From Hydrurus foetidus (taxonomy: Eukaryota), in contig UYFQ01000839.1 of NCBI GenBank assembly GCA_900617105.1, forward strand, positions 186,001 to 221,130: a stretch of DNA of 35,130 nt, in the 5' to 3' direction. The translations under genes and the position numbers were made by a program. Within the stretch, counting starts at the first letter, position 1, and each line of letters starts with the position of its first letter. Below, in pieces: positions 1 through 11,576 of the stretch. The notes beneath the pieces are model-generated. The model did no database searches, was not told the DNA's origin, and was given only the letters and a program-made list of their open reading frames with translations.

Positions 1-1513
1 TCGTGCCCGAGATCGAGATGCCCGGCCACGCCCTGGCGCCGATCGTCGCCTATCCGCAGCTGGGCGTGAACGCCAATCCGCCGGCCATCGACCGCAACAA
101 CTGGGGTATCTTCCCCTGGCTCTATAATCTCGACGACGGCACGTTCGCCTTCCTGAACGACGTGCTGGACGAGGTCATGGACCTCTTCCCCAGCGACTAT
201 ATCCACGTCGGCGGCGATGAGGCCGTGAAGGACCAGTGGAAGGCCAGCGCGAAGATACAGGCGCAGATGAAGGCCCTGGGCCTGAAGGACGAGCACGAAG
301 CCCAGAGCTATTTCATCCAGCGGGTCGGCAAGCATCTGGATGCGCGCGGCCGACGCCTGATCGGCTGGGATGAAATCCTCGAAGGCGGCCTGGCCCCCAA
401 CGCCACTGTGATGTCCTGGCGCGGCCTGGAGGGCGCGATCGCCGCCGCCAAGCTGGGCCACGACACGGTGCTGTCGCCCTGGCCGCTGATGTATCTGGAC
501 AACCGCCAGAGCGCCTCGCCTGACGAGCCTCCGGGCCGCGGCCGGGTAGTCAGCCTCAAGGACGTCTACGACTTCGATCCGGCTCCCAAGGCGATGACCG
601 AGGCAGAGCGTAAGCATGTCATCGGCCTGCAGGGTAATGCTTGGACCGAGCACATGCGCACCGACGCGCGGCTGGAGCGCATGATCTTCCGCGCTTGGTC
701 GCCGTGGCCGAGCGGGGCTGGTCGCCGCAGACCACCACCGACTGGGCTGATTTCAACCGCCGCATGCCGGCCGAGTTCGCCCGCCTGGACGCCCTGGGCG
801 TGGCCTATGACGCCGTGCCCTTCGAACCCCAGGTCACGCTGTCGCCCGGCGAGAGCGGCAAGGTGGATGTCGCCCTGGCCTCCAGCCTGGCCATCGGCGA
901 GATCCGCTACACGGTCGGCGGGGCCGAGCCGACGATGGCCTCGAGCCTTTATGAGAAGGCCCTGGCCCTGACCGTCAATGACAAGCTCCGGGCTCGGACG
1001 TTTATCGACGGCCGTCCCCTGGGCCGCATCCGCGACCTCAGCGTCAATCCTGACTCCCTGCTCACCCGCACCGGCCACCAGCTGAAGGCGTGCAGCGACA
1101 AGCTGACCCTGCTGCTGGAAGACGATGCTCCGGTCCAGGGTGACCGCGCCGTATTCCATGTCGACATCATGAACCCCTGCTGGATCTGGGAAGGCGCGGA
1201 CCTGTCCAAGGGTGCGACCCTGACCGCGCGCATTGGCCAGGTTCCGTTCAACTTCCAGATCGGCGCCGAGCGCGAGAAAATCGCGCTGCGCAAGCCCGCC
1301 ACGCCCGAGGGCGAGCTGGAGGTGCTGCTGGGCTGCGAGGGCGAGCGCATCGCCGCCATCCCCCTGGGCAAGGCCGCCCGCGAGCCGGCCCTGTCGACGA
1401 TCAGCGGCAAGATCCCGGCGCGCGCCGGCCAGCACGACCTGTGCCTGATGTTCACGTCAAAAAGCGTCGACCCGACCTTCGCCATCGACCGCGTCACGCT
1501 CAAGCCGAACTAG
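1..1513 (+). CDS. Beta-N-acetylhexosaminidase (GH20), 5' end outside window, with C-terminal FN3-like and carbohydrate-binding-like domains; frameshift near 690
   Basis: GH20 motifs PEIEMPGH, IHVGGDE, LIGWDE, GLQGNAWTEH in ORF 3..971. The frame continues in ORF 641..1513 (PRLVAVAERGWS...) to TAG 1511-1513. Confidence 0.92.
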
Positions 1514-1533
1514 TTTTTCGAGAGAGTAACCCC

Positions 1534-4064
1534 GTGTCCAATCTCGTTCTTTCCGCGCCGCTGCAGGGCTGGATCGCGCCGCTCGACGAGACGCCTGACG
1601 CGGTGTTCGCCCAGCGCATGCTGGGCGACGGCCTGGCCATCGACCCCACGGGTTCGATGCTGCATGCGCCGTGCGATGCGGTGGTGATGACGGTGCACCG
1701 GGCCCGCCACGCCGTGACCCTGCGCGCCGCCAACGGCGCCGAGATCCTCATGCATCTTGGACTGGAGACCGTGGCGCTGGAGGGCGCGGGCTTCGAGGTG
1801 CAGGTCCGCGAGGGGCAGAGCGTCAAGGCCGGCGATCCGCTGATCGCCTTCGACCTGGACTTCCTGGCCCAGAACGTTCGCAGCCTGATCACGCCGATCG
1901 TCATCACCAATCCCGAAGCCTTCCAGATCGTGCGGCGCGAGCAGGACCGGGCTGCCGAGGTCGGCGACGCCTTGATGGAGCTGTCGCCGATCGGCGGATC
2001 CATCGCGCCGTCAGCGGTGGCCGAACACGAGATCGGTCGAGAGGTCGTGGTGCCTCTGGTCCACGGCATCCACGCCCGGCCCGCCGCCCGCATCGCCGAA
2101 ACGGCCCGCCGCTTCCAGGCTGATATCGTGCTTGTCGCCGGCGGCCGTCGCGCCAGCGCCAGAAGCCCGGTCGGCGTGATGTCGATGGCCATCCGGCATG
2201 GCGATGCGATCACCATCGCCGCCAGCGGCGTCGATGCGGCCTCTGCCATCGCCGCCGTCATCGCGCTGATCGAGGAGGGTATGGTGAGGGCGGCCCGGTT
2301 GCCGCATCCGCTGCTCCGGCGCCCGTCGAGCCGGCGCTTGGGGCTGGCCCAGTCAAACTGCCCAGGGACGGCGTGCTCAAGGGCGTGCTCGCCGCGCCGG
2401 GTCTGGCCATCGGCAAGGCCGTTCGGCTGTCCTCGGCCGAGATCGTCGTGCGTGAGGCCGGCGACGGCGTCGCGAGCGAGCAGGTCGCCCTGACCCAGGC
2501 GCTGGCCAAGGTGCGTGGTCGCCTGGAGCTGGCCGCGTCCAAAGGCGACAAGGCGCGCAAAGCGATCCTGGGCGCGCACCTGGCCTTCCTCGAAGATCCC
2601 GAACTGGCGGCCGGGGCCCGCGCCCTGATCGATCAGGGCAAGAGCGCCGGCTTTGCCTGGCGCAAGGCGGTCGGCGGCTATGTCGACGCCCTGCGCGGCC
2701 TGGGCGACAGCCGCCTGGCCGAGCGGGTCGACGATCTGATCGATCTTGAGCGTCAGGTCCTGCGCGCCTTGACCGGCGAGGAGGAAAGCGCCGCGACCTT
2801 GGCCGCCGGCTCGATCCTGCTGGCCGACGAACTTTTGCCCTCGCAGCTGATGGGCGTCGACCCCGCCCTCGTCGCCGGCTTCTGCACGGCGCGCGGAGGC
2901 CCGACCTCGCACGTCGCCATCCTGGCCGCCGCCATGGGTATCCCGGCCCTGGTCGCGGTCGGCGGCGCGGTGCTGACCGTGGCCGACGGCGCCGCCCTGA
3001 TCCTCGACGCCGATGGCGGTCAGTTGCGCGTTGCGCCCGACGCACCGGCCCTCGAAGCCGCCCAGACCCAGCTGGCCCAGCGCCAGGAGCGCAAGGCGCT
3101 CGCCAAGGCTTCGGCGCACCAGATCTGCGTCACGAAGGACGGCGTCCGCATCGAGGTGTTCGGCAATGTCGGCTCGCTGAACGACGCCCTGGCCGCTGCC
3201 GCCAATGGGGCCGAAGGCAGCGGCCTGCTGCGCACCGAGTTTCTGTTCCTCGATCGCGACACGCCGCCCGACGAGGACGAGCAGGCCCGCCAGTATCAGG
3301 CCATCGCCTCGGCCCTGGACGGCAAGCCACTGATCATCCGTACGCTGGACGTCGGCGGCGACAAGGCTGCGCCCTATCTGCCAATCCCGGCCGAGGAGAA
3401 CCCGGCGCTTGGCCTGCGCGGCGTACGCGTCAGCCTGTGGCGGCCGCATCTGCTGAAGGCCCAGATCCGCGCAATACTCCGTGTGCGCCCTGTTGGTCAG
3501 TGCAAGATCATGGTCCCCATGATCGCCAGCGTGGGCGAACTGCGCGCTGTCCGCGCCGTCCTTGACGAAGCCAAGCGCGAGATGGGCATTTCGGAGCGCA
3601 TCGAGCTGGGTGTGATGATCGAGACCCCGGCCGCAGCCGTCACCGCCGATCTGCTCGCCGCAGAGGCCGACTTTCTGTCGATCGGCACCAATGACCTGAC
3701 CCAGTATGTGCTGGCCATGGACCGGGGCAATCCGGAGCTGGCCGCCCGCATCGACGCCCTGCATCCGGCCGTGCTGCGGATGATCGCCCAGACCTGCCAG
3801 GGGGCCGCAAAACACCATCGCTGGGTCGGCGTCTGCGGCGGCGCGGCCTCGGATCTGACCGCCGTGCCGATCCTGCTGGGCCTCGGCGTCACCGAGCTTT
3901 CGGCGACGGCCGCCGTGGTGCCGGAGGTCAAGGCCCTGGTCCGCAGTCTCGACCTCCAAGCCTGCCGCGCGCTTGCCGCCCAGGTGCTTGACCTCACCTC
4001 GCCCGAGGCGGTCCGTGAAGTCGCCAAATCGTTTCTGGCCCAGTCTTCGAATACGAGAGTCTAA
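1534..4064 (+). CDS. ptsP: PTS multiphosphoryl transfer protein EIIA-HPr-EI (NagF-like); frameshift near 2285-2370
   Basis: GTG at 1534. EIIA(Glc-type) motifs DAVFAQRMLGDG and EILMHLGLETV, HPr motif GIHARPA, EI motifs GGPTSHVAILA, GLLRTEFLF, RTLDVGGDK, FLSIGTNDLTQY. Confidence 0.92.
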
Positions 4065-4067
4065 GCG

Positions 4068-5841
4068 ATGAAGTCGCCGCTCGAAGTCCTGCAGCCCCTG
4101 GGCCGCGCCCTGATGCTGCCGATCGCCGTGCTGCCGGTGGCGGCGCTGCTGCTCCGCATAGGCCAGCCCGACCTGCTGGGCGCGCCCGGCCTGGCCGCCA
4201 TGACCGGCGGCATGTCCTTGCACATCGCCAATGTGTTCGGCGCTGCGGGCGGGGCGATCTTTTCCAGCCTGGGCCTGATCTTCGCCATCGGCGTCGCCGT
4301 TGGCCTGGCGCGCGAGAACCATGGCGCGGCGGGCCTGGCCGGCGTCGTCTGCTACGTCATCGCCACCAAGGGCGTCGATGCGCTGATGGTCGTGCCGCCA
4401 GACGTGACCGCGACGGTCGTCGAAAGCGCCAGGGACCTCACCATCGCCGCCTGGAAGGCCAAGGAGATCGGCAAGCTGTCGATCCCGGTCGGCATTCTCT
4501 CCGGGGTGATCAGCGGCTGGCTTTACAGCCGCTATTCCGACATCAGGCTGCCCGGTACCTGGCGTTCTTCGGCGGCCGCCGCTTCGATACCGATCGTGGC
4601 GGGTCTGGCCGGCGTGGTCCTGGCCCTGCTGTTCGGCTTCTTCTGGAGTTCTCTGGAGGCCGGCGTCGACGGCCTCAGCGGTCTGGTCATCGCCTCAGGC
4701 GATGTGGGCCTGTTCGTCTATGGCCTGCTCAACCGCCTGCTGATCGTCACGGGCCTGCACCACATCCTCAACAATGTGGTCTGGTTCATTCTGGGCGACT
4801 TCAACGGCGCCACCGGCGACCTGAACCGCTTTGCGGCCGGCGACCCCACCGCCGGGGCGTTCATGAGCGGTTTCTTCCCGGTGATGATGTTTGGCCTGCC
4901 CGCCGCGTGCCTGGCCATGCTGCACACCGCCCGTCCCGAACGCCGCAAGGCCGTGGGCGGCATGCTGGGCTCCCTGGCCCTGACCTCGTTCCTGACCGGG
5001 GTGACCGAGCCGATCGAGTTTTCCTTCATGTTCCTGGCCCCGGTTCTCTATGCGGTCCATGCCGTGCTGACGGGTCTGTCGATGGTGATCATGAACCTGC
5101 TGGACGTGAAGCTGGGCTTCGGCTTCTCGGCGGGCCTGTTCGACTATGTGCTGAACTTCAACAAGGCCACGCGGCCGCTGATGCTGATCCCGGTGGGGCT
5201 GGTCTATGGCGCGCTCTATTACGGCGTCTTCCGCTGGGTGATTGTCCGCTTCGACCTGAAGACCCCGGGCCGCGAGCCCGACGACGCCATCGCCGCGCCG
5301 GTCGCGGCCTCGGCCGGCGGACGCGGCGAGGACTTCCTGATCGCCCTGGGCGGCGGGCAATCTCGCCTCGGTGGATGCCTGCACGACGCGCCTGCGGCTG
5401 GTGGTGACGGGGCAGGGCGTGGTTGATGAGCCGCGGCTCAAGGCCCTGGGCGCGCGCGGCGTGGTGCGACCCTCGGAGCGCGCGCTGCAGGTGGTGCTGG
5501 GTCCGATCGCCGACCAGGTGGCGAGCGAAATCCGTGCGGCCATGGGCGGCGCCGTCGCCAGGACCGCCGCGCCGACGCGGTCGTCGCCGCGCCCGCTGGG
5601 CGGGCGACAAGGCGCAACCGCACGTTTGGTCGCGGCCCTCGGCAGGTCGCGCAATATTGAAGCCTGAGCAGCTGCACCAGCCGCCTGCGTGGTGGTGCTC
5701 GATCCCCTGGCCATAGACGAGGCGGCTCTCAAGGCCCTGGGCGCGCGTGGCGTGGCCCGGATCGGCGAGCGGACGATCCATGTGGTGATGGGGCCACAGG
5801 CCGATACCCTGGCTGAGGCGATCAGGCTGTTGCGGGCATGA
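4068..5841 (+). CDS. nagE: PTS N-acetylglucosamine transporter EIICB with two EIIB domains; several frameshifts (~4555-4585 compensating, ~5355, ~5600-5690)
   Basis: EIIC motifs LGRALMLPIAVLP, GLHHILNN, FLTGVTEPIEFSF, LKTPGRE. First EIIB DACTTRLRL (~5374). A second EIIB-like segment (..SCTSRLR..IDEAALKALGARGV..IHVVMGPQAD) ends at TGA 5839-5841. Confidence 0.9.
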
Positions 5842-6462
5842 TCGTGACCCGCCGCGACGCTGTGATGGGCGTCGCCGCCGGTCTCGCCATGCCGGCCCTG
5901 GCCCGCGCCGACGCGACCGCTTGCTCAATCCGCCAAAGGCCTGGAAGACTACCAGCGGCGGCCTGACAATGCGGGCCGAGACCGGATCCGATTTCTGGCG
6001 CAAGACCCTCGCCAAAGACGCGATCATGGACAGCGGCCACCTGTTCTTTCGCGAGGTCACCGGCGACTTCGTGAGCACCGTGACAGTGGAGGCCGACTAC
6101 GCCGGGGACGCCGACCAGACCGGCCTGATGGTTCGCGCCGACGCGGCGAACTGGATGAAAACCGGGGTGGAATGGCTGCACGGCAAGCTCAACTCGGCCA
6201 CAGTCTTCACGCGTGACTGGTCGGACGGCTCGGTCGTTCCGCTGCCCGGCTGGACAGGGCCGATCCGTTTCAGGTCAGCCGACGCGGTCCGATCCTGGCC
6301 TGCGCCTACGCCAAACCAGGCGAGGCCTTCGTCGATGTGCGCCTGGGGCATCTGGCCATGGGCGAGACGGTGCAGCTGGGTTTGACCGCCTGCGCGCCGT
6401 TCGGGAAGCCGTTCGAAGCGCGGTTTGCCGACTGGACGGTCGAGACGCCTCAAGCCTCGTAG
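5838..6462 (+). CDS. DUF1349 (concanavalin-like) protein with twin-arginine signal peptide; frameshifts near 5920 and 6275-6300
   Basis: ATG 5838 overlaps the nagE stop. N-terminus MIVTRRDAVMGVAAGLAMPALARA. ORF 5921 has SDFWRKT, DQTGLMVR, NWMKTGVE, VFTRDWSDGS. The C-terminus ...FEARFADWTVETPQAS ends TAG 6460-6462. Confidence 0.75.
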
Positions 6463-8111
6463 CCGAGGTCCCCGATCACTTCGGCCAGCGCCTTGATCTG
6501 CGGCGCCAACGGCGCGCGATACTGCCGCCACCGCCCGATCGAGCGGTCGTTCAGCGGCTCGCTGACCTGAGCGTAGGACGGCGTTGGCGCATAGCGCCGG
6601 TTCTCGTGGAAGTTCAGGCAGGCCGGCTCGAACGGCAGGTCGAGATGATCCAGAGCCGCCGCGTCCAGGCCTCCTGATCGGCCACCAGGTCCTCGTAGCG
6701 GACCCCCAGCGCCGTATCGTCCAGCGTCTTGGCATAGCGTCCCGTCAAGGCATGGACGGATCGCATGTGCGTGGCGATGTCCTCGATCCGATAGCCGCAG
6801 AACTCGCCATGGGTCAGGTTGTGCGACAGCATCGATACCGCCGTATCCAGCGGGTGGCGGATCATGCGGATCAGCTTAGCCTGCGGGAAGGCGGCGCGGA
6901 TCACCGGCGTCCAGACCTCGCTGAGCGGCATCTTGTCGGTGAACAGGGGCCTGCCGGTGTCCATCAGCCCGAACGCTCTGGCGCGGTCGAGATAGAGGTC
7001 GCGCAGGGCCTCGGCGACGCCGGGCGTCCACAGCGCCGAAAGGCCGCCAAACGGGCTCTCCAGCGCCGAGACCATCTCGGTGACGAACGGCAGCTCGCCG
7101 CCGGCCGCGATCGCCGAATGGCTCGACAGGATCTGCTCGACCAGGGTGGTGCCCGAACGCGGGAAGCCGAACACGAACACCGGCTGCGGTCCTTCGCGCC
7201 GCGCCGCGCCGGGCAGGGGGCCGCGGGTCTCGACCAGCCGCGCGAGGGCGTCGAAGTCGCGGGCCACGCCGCCGCCGTCATAGGCCAGGCCGTCACGCGC
7301 AGCCAGCCGGGCCTTGCCCTCGACGAAGTCGGCGAAGGCCTCGGCAGGCCGTCCCAGCCTTTCCTTTAGCCGCCCGCTTTCCAGCAGGGCGTCGCCGCCG
7401 ATGCGACCAGGGACGGCCTCGATCACGGCCAGGGCTTCGGCGTGACGCTGCTCGCGGCCCAGCTGCACGGCGCGGCGCAGGGTGACGTCGAACCCCGCCG
7501 CCGCCGCGCGGTCTAGCAGGGCGCGGCTGGCGGGCAGGTCGCCCATGGCCTCGCGCAATCGCGACCAGTGGGCCAGGGTCGCGCCGTCACCCGGCGCCAG
7601 CTGGTCAGCGCGGGCCAGCAGGGGCTCGGCCGCCTCAAGCTTGCCCTGCTCGATCAGATTGGCGGCCAGCGCTGTCTGGGTGGGCGGATGGTCGCGCACC
7701 AGGGCCAGGGCGCTTCGGAGGCCGCCTCGCCGCCGGGCGGAGTCGCGCCGCTCGGTCAGCAGGGTCCCAGCATGGCGAGGGCCAGGGATTGCCGGCGTTC
7801 AGCGCCAGGCCGGCGCGGACGACGGCCTCGGCCTGGGCCTTTCGACCCAGCCCCGCCAGCAGGATCGCCAGGTCGTCGCGCGGCCAGTCCAGGGTCGGCG
7901 AGAGGGCGATGATCCGTTCCAGAAGATTGACGGCTTCGACCGCCTGTCCACGCTGCTGGCAGACCAGGGCCAGGATCTCCAGGGCGTCGATGTCATCGGC
8001 GGCCTCAGCCAGCCGCCGCCGGGCGGTGGCCAGGGCCGGTTCGACCTGGCCCCGATTGAGAAGGTCGCGCGCCTGGGCGATGAGGGGATGGGGCAGGGCG
8101 ATGGCGGACAT
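6450..8111 (-). CDS. TPR-containing sulfotransferase (Sulfotransfer_3 type); frameshifts near 7700-7790 and 6645
   Basis: N-terminal TPR-like helices from ATG 8111. PAPS-binding FVFGFPRSGTTLVEQIL, DKMP, IRHPLDTAVS, VRYEDLV. C-terminal ..TPSYAQVSEPLNDRSIGRWRQY.. ends TGA at 6450-6452. Confidence 0.85.
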
Positions 8112-8115
8112 GGGG

Positions 8116-9314
8116 TCAGGCGGACCGCTGGAACACGTGCAGCGTTCCCCTGACAGGCGCTGTGCCCTCGTGGCGCAGGGCGATGGGTTCCTGATCCAGC
8201 AGCGCAAACTCAGGGCCCGCCGCCTGGGCGACATAGGCGTCCGCGTGAGAGAAGCGTCCGGAGCTCAGCAACGTCCAGCCTTCCGCCCCCACCTCGGTGC
8301 TCAGGGTGAAAAAGCCGCCCGGGCGCAGCGCCTTTGCGGCGGCCCGGAACAGGTCCGACAGGTCGCCGAAATAGATCACCATGTCGGCCGCGAAGACCAG
8401 GTCGAAGGCGGCCGGATGCTGGTCGAGGAACGCGACGGCCTCGGCCTGGACCAGCAGGTCATAACCGCCGCGCGCCCTTGCCCTGTCCAGCATGCCGCCG
8501 GAGAGATCGACGCCGGTCAGGCGACCGCCAAAGCGCGCGAGGGCGGGGGCCGAAAGTCCGGTGCCGCAGCCCAGGTCGAGGATCTCGGCGAACGGGCCGG
8601 CATGATCTTCGATCAACTGCGCCATCCGCTCGGGCGCGCGGTAGTTCAGCAGATCGACCAGCTGGTGGTCGAAATTGTCGGCGAAGCTGTCGAAATGCGC
8701 CTCGACATAGGCGGGCGGCGCGCGGTCGACCGCCGCCCCTCTGACCGCCTGCAGCAGATAGGCCTGGATCTGATCGTCCGGGCTTCGGGCCATCCGCCAG
8801 GCGCCGACAGCCACCGCTGCGGGGCATGTCCAAAGACGCCGAGGATCGCAAAGGCCTCTCGGGCGATGACCTCGATGTCCTCGGCCTCATCGCCGGCCAG
8901 GGCGGGATAGCGGGCCAGGGCGTCGTCCACAGAGCCCTGGATCATGCTGGCGAAGGTGCGGGCCCGGGCATGGGTCAGGCGCGCGTTGGTCGCCAGAGGT
9001 TCCAGGGCCGCAGCGCGTTCGAAGGCTTCCGCGCACCCGGCGAAATCACCGGTCATGTAGAGGCCCTGGGCCAGGCAAGCGTGCCAGATCGCCGGCGCGT
9101 CGGGCGTCGCGGCCGCCTGTCGAAGAGGCATGACAGCGTCACTGAAATCCCGCGTCGCCATATGTGAGAGGCCAAGCCCAAGCATCGCCTCGCCCAGCGT
9201 CGGATCGATCGACAGCGCGCGACTGAAAGCCTCGCGCGCCTGGGGGTGCAGGCCCTGGTTGCTGGCGATGACGGCCTGCTGCAGCCAGTCCTCGGCGCTG
9301 ATCTCGTCGGTCAC
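8116..9314 (-). CDS. TPR-containing class I SAM-dependent methyltransferase; frameshift near 8815
   Basis: GTG at 9314 (VTDEISAEDW...) followed by TPR repeats. Methyltransferase part has FDSFADNFD, ILDLGCGTGL, GVDLSGGM, DLVFAADM, SGRFSH. Confidence 0.85.
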
Positions 9315-9502
9315 GCAAGCCTCTGCATTGGGCGGTGTCTGCCTCAGGCGTCCTGGCCCGCGCGGGTCGCGAACCGGGGGAATCCTAGAGGTCTCCGTTT
9401 CCAAAGCAAATCGCAAGGATCGGCGAAGACCCGGACGATCTCGGGGTCTCGCTGAAACCTTCAGATTCCGTTCCACGGGGCCGGCCCGCCTCAAACGCCC
9501 CA

Positions 9503-11164
9503 CTACTGCGGCGTCAGCAGGTTTGGATCGATGAACTGGCGAGGAATGCCTGGGCCCTCGAAGTACGCGCCCAGCCAGGCGCCGCCACCGCCATTGAACC
9601 ATTCCACCCTGATCGCATGCTTGCCAGGCTGCAGGTCGATATTGCCGTTCGCCGTAACCACGCCGTGGTCGCCATCATTGTCGACCACCTGTTTGCCGTC
9701 GATGTAGAGCTTGCTGCCGTCGTCGGAGGCGAGGGCGAAACTGTAGGCGCCGGCGGCCGCGATATGGAGATAGCCGTCAAAGACCACGGCCACGCTGTCG
9801 CCTCGCGGGAGCGTCAGGCCGTCGATGGTCAGTTCATGGGATGTGCCGGCGGCTGCAGGCTCGAGCCGGGAGAAATCGGGCAGCCGCACCGGCGTTTCGG
9901 GCAGCAGATAGACCTTGTAGTTCACGCCGCGCGCCTCGGGACCTTTCAGGTCGAGGATGCGGAAATAGCCCGTGGCGGGAACGCTGGCGGCCTGGCCGGA
10001 AACGAACAGCGTGGCCCGCACGATCGTGTTGCGGGCGATCTCGACCGGGCCCATGTAAAGCGGGGATCCGACCGTGGGGATCGAACTGTCCAGTGTGTAG
10101 CGGACCTGTCCGGTGGCGTTGGGGTTGCGGATGGTCATCTTCGCCGGTCGGTTGACGAACAGCCCGCCTGCAGGCGCATTCCCGTCGCTGGCCGGTTCGA
10201 TCACCGGCGAGGCGTAGAAGCTGCTGGAGCGATAGGCTTGTTCGGGCGCCTTTTCACCCTTCAGGATCGGGGTCACGGCGCGCCCTAGCCAGGCGAAGGG
10301 GATCTTGGCGCCCAGCAGCCAGGCGACGGTGGCGGTGGTGTCGAACGTGTTGATGGGCAGATCAAGCTGGCCCGGGTTGATGTCCTTGCCATAGGCGATC
10401 CAGGGAATTTCAAGTTCAGCCAGGCTTTCGCCGCCGTGCCCCTTGCCCACGCCGCCATGGTCGGAGGTGACCAGGATCACCGTCTCGTCCGCGATGCCGG
10501 CCTCCACCGTGGCTTGCCGGATCTTGTCGATCAGCTTGTCGGCCTTGGCCACGGCCTCATAGTACAGCGGCGTGCCATGGCCATGGGCATGTCCGGCGTG
10601 ATCGACATGATCCAGGTGCACAAACAGGAACTGAGGCTGCTTGGTCTTGATGTAGTTGACCGCCAGAGCCGTGGTTTCGTCCTCATCCTTGCCGTGGACG
10701 TCATAGTCCACGAACCGGTGATCGTAGAGGTTGCCGAACCCGTCCCAGTGATAGATCGAGCCTAGTTCCCAGTCCGGCTTCTGATCTGTGAGCACCTGGA
10801 AGATGGAGGGGAAGAAGCCCCCCGAACCGGTCACTGAAGCGGGGAAGTTGAACTCGCCCACCTGCCAGTCATTGCTCGTCACGCCGTGCTGCTCTGGTCC
10901 GGCCCCATCGATGATGGAGGCCCAGTTGGCGCCGCTCGTGGTGGGCAGCACGCCGCGGGCATGCAGGCTCCAGCTGCCGCGCTTCATCATGTCGTGCAGG
11001 GTGGGGGTGTCGGCCTTCATCACGCCGTCGGGGCTCAGGGCGTCCACGCCGATGATGATCACATGGCCTGCCTTCCGGGCCTCGCCGGCACAGGCGCCGG
11101 CCGCGCCGGCCATGCCGGCCAGGAGCGCAACGAGAAGCGGGATCACCCGGATCGGATTCTTCAT
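9503..11164 (-). CDS. Secreted alkaline-phosphatase-superfamily enzyme (NPP/phosphodiesterase-like) with FN3-associated (chitobiase C-terminal-like) and PA14 domains
   Basis: ATG 11164 with GGAG RBS and a signal peptide. Motifs IGVDALSPDG, LPTTSGANWAS, LDHVDHAGH, VTSDHGG. Then VRYTLDSSIPT (FN3-associated) and FALASDDGSKLYIDG..VVDNDGDH..HAIRVEWFNGGG (PA14). Intact 553-aa frame. Confidence 0.88.
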   Translation of the reverse strand: MKNPIRVIPLLVALLAGMAGAAGACAGEARKAGHVIIIGVDALSPDGVMKADTPTLHDMMKRGSWSLHARGVLPTTSGANWASIIDGAGPEQHGVTSNDWQVGEFNFPASVTGSGGFFPSIFQVLTDQKPDWELGSIYHWDGFGNLYDHRFVDYDVHGKDEDETTALAVNYIKTKQPQFLFVHLDHVDHAGHAHGHGTPLYYEAVAKADKLIDKIRQATVEAGIADETVILVTSDHGGVGKGHGGESLAELEIPWIAYGKDINPGQLDLPINTFDTTATVAWLLGAKIPFAWLGRAVTPILKGEKAPEQAYRSSSFYASPVIEPASDGNAPAGGLFVNRPAKMTIRNPNATGQVRYTLDSSIPTVGSPLYMGPVEIARNTIVRATLFVSGQAASVPATGYFRILDLKGPEARGVNYKVYLLPETPVRLPDFSRLEPAAAGTSHELTIDGLTLPRGDSVAVVFDGYLHIAAAGAYSFALASDDGSKLYIDGKQVVDNDGDHGVVTANGNIDLQPGKHAIRVEWFNGGGGAWLGAYFEGPGIPRQFIDPNLLTPQ

Positions 11165-11366
11165 GACGTACTCCAGGAAACTGGGCTGTGGATGGGAGGC
11201 GCCGCCAGCGCGAAGGGAGGCTCGGCGGCGTCGTCGATCACTGCGCCGGCTCCGGCGCTGCTGCGCGTCGCCGCCGCCGGCCGCGATGGTCTGTGTGTCT
11301 GCGGCAAGGCCTTCAGGGCCGACCTGTCCATTGGACTCATGTTCGGATCGTCCAACGACTGAAGAT

Positions 11367-11378
11367 TGGTATAGACCA
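11367..11378. promoter_or_regulatory. GntR/HutC-family operator TGGTATAGACCA overlapping a putative minus-strand -10 of the phosphatase gene
   Basis: Near-palindrome TTGGTATAGACCAA. The same TGGT-N4-ACCA motif recurs at 11616, 19504 and 20458. Confidence 0.8.
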
Positions 11379-11407
11379 AATATCACGTGAAGTTGGCAGT
11401 TTTGCGA

Positions 11408-11425
11408 CTGTCATCCATTGGTCAA
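11408..11425 (+). promoter_or_regulatory. Pho-box-like site
   Basis: CTGTCAT-ccat-TGGTCAA, two half sites with 11-bp periodicity. Confidence 0.45.
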
Positions 11426-11576
11426 ATGCGCAGCGCCATCAGGGTGTTCAGGGGCGTCAATGCGCCGGGCGAACCGGTCTCTGGAGCGCTCTCGGTTCTC
11501 TAGAGTCACCCCGGCAGGGCCGAAATCGAACTGACACGCGGCGCGGAACGGACAAATTGCGCCGTGCGGGACGGCG

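Noticed and set aside
1500..4322. 940-aa minus-strand ORF and many other long antisense ORFs (e.g. 12223..13521, 23903..25525, 26629..28164)
   Set aside because: Shadow frames of well-supported opposite-strand genes in high-GC DNA, with no recognisable motifs.
11393..11406. TTGGCA...TTGC as a sigma54 promoter
   Set aside because: GG-to-GC spacing is 7 nt rather than the required 10.
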